Position numbers and translations under genes: made by a program. The notes under the pieces are model-generated. The model was not told the origin of the DNA. It ran no database searches and worked only from the letters and a program-made list of their open reading frames with translations. This document shows, piece by piece, positions 61,158 to 64,000 of a stretch of 64,000 nt of DNA. Origin of the DNA: Acidobacteriota bacterium (GTDB taxonomy: Bacteria > Acidobacteriota > UBA890 > WLXD01); contig CAXWPL010000004.1 in the NCBI GenBank assembly GCA_963666215.2, forward strand, positions 544,001 through 608,000, in the 5' to 3' direction. Numbering within the stretch: the first letter of the stretch is position 1; each line of letters opens with the position of its first letter.

Positions 61158-62360
61158 TCAGCCTCGTAGTGCGGCGATGGGGTCGAGCCGGGTGGCGTGC
61201 CGCGCCGGCAGCACACCGAAGATGGCGCCTACACCGAGCGAGACACCGGCGGCCGCGGCAACCGCCCAGGCAGGAGGCGCCGCGGAGAAACCCGGGTACG
61301 CTGCCAGCAGGGCTTCGATCGCCAGCCAGCCGGTGAGCAGGCCCACGGCACCGCCGGCCGCGGACAGCATGATCGACTCCACCAGGAAGGCGGCGAGGAT
61401 TTGGCGCGGATGCGCGCCGATGGCTTTCAGTAGGCCAATCTCGTGTGTCCGCTCGCTGACCGAAACGAGCATGACGTTCATGATTCCGATTCCCGCCACG
61501 GTCAGCGAGATCGCGGCGATGCCGACGACTGCGGCAGTGAGCGCCGCGAAGATCTGCGAGAAGGCCGAAGCCACGGCGTCTTGGGTGACGATCGTGAAGT
61601 CCTCGTCGCCATCATGGCGATCACGCAGCACCTCGCCAATCATGAGCTCCGCCGCCTCGATCTCGGTGTAGACCCGCACCGAGACCAGCAGTCGGAAAAG
61701 CGACGTCCGGTTGAACAAGCGCATCGCGGTGGCGACCGGAACAATGACCACGTCGTCGAAGTCGACACCAATCGCGACGCCGCGTTGCGCCATCACACCG
61801 ATCACACGCATGCGAAACTCGCCGATTCGTAGCACCTGGCCCACGGGTTCGATCCCGGGGAACAGCTCGCGCGCCGACTTGGGTCCGAGCACAGCCACCG
61901 ACGTGCCGCGATCCCAGTCGCCAGTGGGGAGAAACCGGCCCGAGCGCATCGACAGATCGCGCACCTCGAGCATCTCCGCCGTGGCACCGAGGATCGCTAC
62001 CTGCCGGCTGCGCTCACCGAACGACACCGTCTCGTTGCCCATCGCCACCGGCGACAGCGCCCGGATCTGCCGCACGCGTCGCAACACCGCGACAGCGTCG
62101 TCGATGGTCAGGTCGTTGGGCGTGCCGCCGAAACCGGGCATTCCACCGGTTGTCTCGGTGCGTCCCGGCACGACGATCAGGAGGTTCGTGCCGAGCGAGG
62201 CGAACTGATCGGTGACGTAGCGGCGGGCCCCCTCGCCGAGTGCCGTGAGCATGATCACCGCCGCGACGCCAATGGCGACGCCAAGCATGCTCAGGACGGT
62301 GCGCAGCCCGTGGCCGCGCAACGCGCTGGCGGCGAACCGCAGAACGTCGAGCGCGCTCAT
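61158..62360 (-). CDS. MacB-type ABC permease
   Basis: GIGIMNVMLVSVSERTHEIGLLKAIGA. Confidence 0.92.
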   Translation of the reverse strand: MSALDVLRFAASALRGHGLRTVLSMLGVAIGVAAVIMLTALGEGARRYVTDQFASLGTNLLIVVPGRTETTGGMPGFGGTPNDLTIDDAVAVLRRVRQIRALSPVAMGNETVSFGERSRQVAILGATAEMLEVRDLSMRSGRFLPTGDWDRGTSVAVLGPKSARELFPGIEPVGQVLRIGEFRMRVIGVMAQRGVAIGVDFDDVVIVPVATAMRLFNRTSLFRLLVSVRVYTEIEAAELMIGEVLRDRHDGDEDFTIVTQDAVASAFSQIFAALTAAVVGIAAISLTVAGIGIMNVMLVSVSERTHEIGLLKAIGAHPRQILAAFLVESIMLSAAGGAVGLLTGWLAIEALLAAYPGFSAAPPAWAVAAAAGVSLGVGAIFGVLPARHATRLDPIAALRG

Positions 62361-63250
62361 GCCCTCGCGCCTTTCTCAGCTGCCCCGGTCTCCGCGACCT
62401 CCTCGATCTGTCCGCTGTCCCGCGCGTTCTCGGTGGCCTCGGCGCTCTCGGGCGGCTCGGCGCTCTCGTCGCCCTGGACGTGCTCCGCGTTCTCGGCGTT
62501 CTCGGCGTTCTCGGCGGCTTGGGCGTCTTGGGCGTTCTCGGCGAACGCTATGTAGGGATTCACTTCGCCCAGGTCGTCACCACGGATGCGGCTAACGATG
62601 CGACCGTCGACCAGCGTGATCACCCGATCGGCGCGCCGCGCAACGTTCGGATCGTGGGTCACGACGATCAGCGTCATGCCGCCGGCGCACAGCTCGTCGA
62701 GGAGCTCGAGAACCTGACGGCCCGAGCGGCTGTCGAGATTGCCCGTGGGCTCGTCGGCGAGCAGCACCTTCGGCCCCATGGCGGTGGCTCTGGCAATAGC
62801 AACGCGCTGGCGCTCTCCCCCCGACAGCTGGTCGGGCCGATGATCGGCGCGGTCGGCCATGTTGACCACAGCCAACGCCCGCTGCGCACGGTCGCGACGC
62901 TCCCGGCGAGCGACTCCCGCGAAGACCATGGGTAGCTCGACGTTGGCGACGGCATCGAGTCGCGCCACCAGATGGAACGACTGGAAGATGAAGCCGATGT
63001 GATGACGGCGGATCTCGGCGAGCTCTGACTCGTCGAGGTCGCCGACTTCGCGCCCGTCGAGCTGATACGACCCCCGCGTTGGGCGATCGAGACAGCCAAT
63101 GAGATTGAGGAGCGTCGACTTACCGGATCCCGACGGGCCCATGACGGCAACGTGCTCGGCGTCGACGAGAGTCTCGTCCACTTCGCGCAACGCGTGCAGG
63201 GGCCGCCCGCCAACGTCGTAGGTGCGCCAGATATCGCGCAGTTGAATCAT
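62357..63250 (-). CDS. ABC transporter ATP-binding protein (LolD/MacB type)
   Basis: [23 protein letters not shown]; acidic low-complexity tail. Confidence 0.93.
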   Translation of the reverse strand: MIQLRDIWRTYDVGGRPLHALREVDETLVDAEHVAVMGPSGSGKSTLLNLIGCLDRPTRGSYQLDGREVGDLDESELAEIRRHHIGFIFQSFHLVARLDAVANVELPMVFAGVARRERRDRAQRALAVVNMADRADHRPDQLSGGERQRVAIARATAMGPKVLLADEPTGNLDSRSGRQVLELLDELCAGGMTLIVVTHDPNVARRADRVITLVDGRIVSRIRGDDLGEVNPYIAFAENAQDAQAAENAENAENAEHVQGDESAEPPESAEATENARDSGQIEEVAETGAAEKGARA

Positions 63251-63259
63251 AGCGGCAGC

Positions 63260-64000
63260 TCAGCTGCCTTCCCCGGCAACAACCACCTCGGCTCCAGGCT
63301 GGATCTCGGGGCGATCGAGGCTGGTGACGATCCGATCGCCCGGCTGTAGGCCGCCAAGGATCTCGGTGAAGTCCCAGTTGCGCACCCCAACCTCGACCTC
63401 GCGCCGCACCAGCAGTCCGCCCTCAACCAGCAGGACCGCCTGTCCTTCAATCAGAGTCGCGGTGGGAATGCGAAGAACTTCCTCGCGGATGTCCAGAATC
63501 ACCTCGACGTCGGCTGAAGTGCCCGGAAGCAACGATCCCGCGAGCTCCTGGTCGTCGAGATCAACCTCGATCTCGACTGTCCGGTTCTGCGCCTCGACGT
63601 CGAGAACGTAGGGCGCCACGCGCGCCACCGAACCCGAGAACGACTGGCCGGCATGCGAATCGACGGTGACTCGAACCGCCTGCCGCAGGGCAACCTTGGC
63701 GGAATCGACCTCGTCCATCGGCGCCGAAATGTAGTTGGCGCGCGGATCGATGAGCTCGATGACGGGCGGCACCGGCAACGCCGGAGGAGAAGGAGTGGTC
63801 CACTCGCCGAGCTCGATCGAAAGTTCGGCAACGATGCCGTCGAAAGGCGCCTTCAGGACAGTCTTGCGAAACTCGGTCTCGATCACCGCGATCGCTGCGC
63901 GCGAGCTCTCAACCGCCGCCGCCGCCGCCTCGCATCCCGCCGTGGCCGTGGCCTGTTCGCTACGCAACTGGTCGAGCAGCCGCTGCGACACGATCTGACG
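63260..64000 (-). CDS. Efflux membrane-fusion (periplasmic adaptor) protein, partial
   Basis: LKAPFDGIV, beta-barrel and membrane-proximal domains; upstream of the ABC genes. Confidence 0.88.
   Translation of the reverse strand, partial: RQIVSQRLLDQLRSEQATATAGCEAAAAAVESSRAAIAVIETEFRKTVLKAPFDGIVAELSIELGEWTTPSPPALPVPPVIELIDPRANYISAPMDEVDSAKVALRQAVRVTVDSHAGQSFSGSVARVAPYVLDVEAQNRTVEIEVDLDDQELAGSLLPGTSADVEVILDIREEVLRIPTATLIEGQAVLLVEGGLLVRREVEVGVRNWDFTEILGGLQPGDRIVTSLDRPEIQPGAEVVVAGEGS

Overview
High-GC bacterial DNA, probably Acidobacteriota (two PadR + ADOP permease pairs; taxonomy is inferred). The flanks (1-12.1 kb and ~49-64 kb) are chromosomal backbone with many truncated or frameshifted genes, and include an ArsM-like methyltransferase with an in-frame UGA plus a SECIS-like hairpin (probable selenoprotein). 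The centre is a ~32 kb integrative element (12149-44370) inserted in the anticodon arm of tRNA-Arg(UCU). Unusually, it supplies the 5' half of the tRNA rather than the 3' half, and a second, related and truncated element sits in tandem at the same site (from 44371). Element 1 has a capsid-less, phage-satellite-like core: integrase, XRE/Cro/Xis, DnaB-N/AAA replicase with iterons, TerS-like and TerL genes, AlpA, and a primase-helicase. A decaying defence cargo follows: RlmJ-like methyltransferase, TIGR02391 protein, a type I R-M system whose HsdR carries a C-terminal Schlafen/AlbA_2 domain, a convergent GmrSD-Schlafen fusion, NucS-like/DUF5655 nuclease, a truncated YprA-like helicase, and HNH and MBL remnants. 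Element 2 carries AIPR. IS5, IS481, IS3, IS256, IS6 and an IS6-type MITE are present. The best candidates for new biology are the paired restriction-Schlafen fusions and the 5'-tRNA-replacing, terminase-bearing satellite family. All family calls come from motif recognition by eye; no searches were run.
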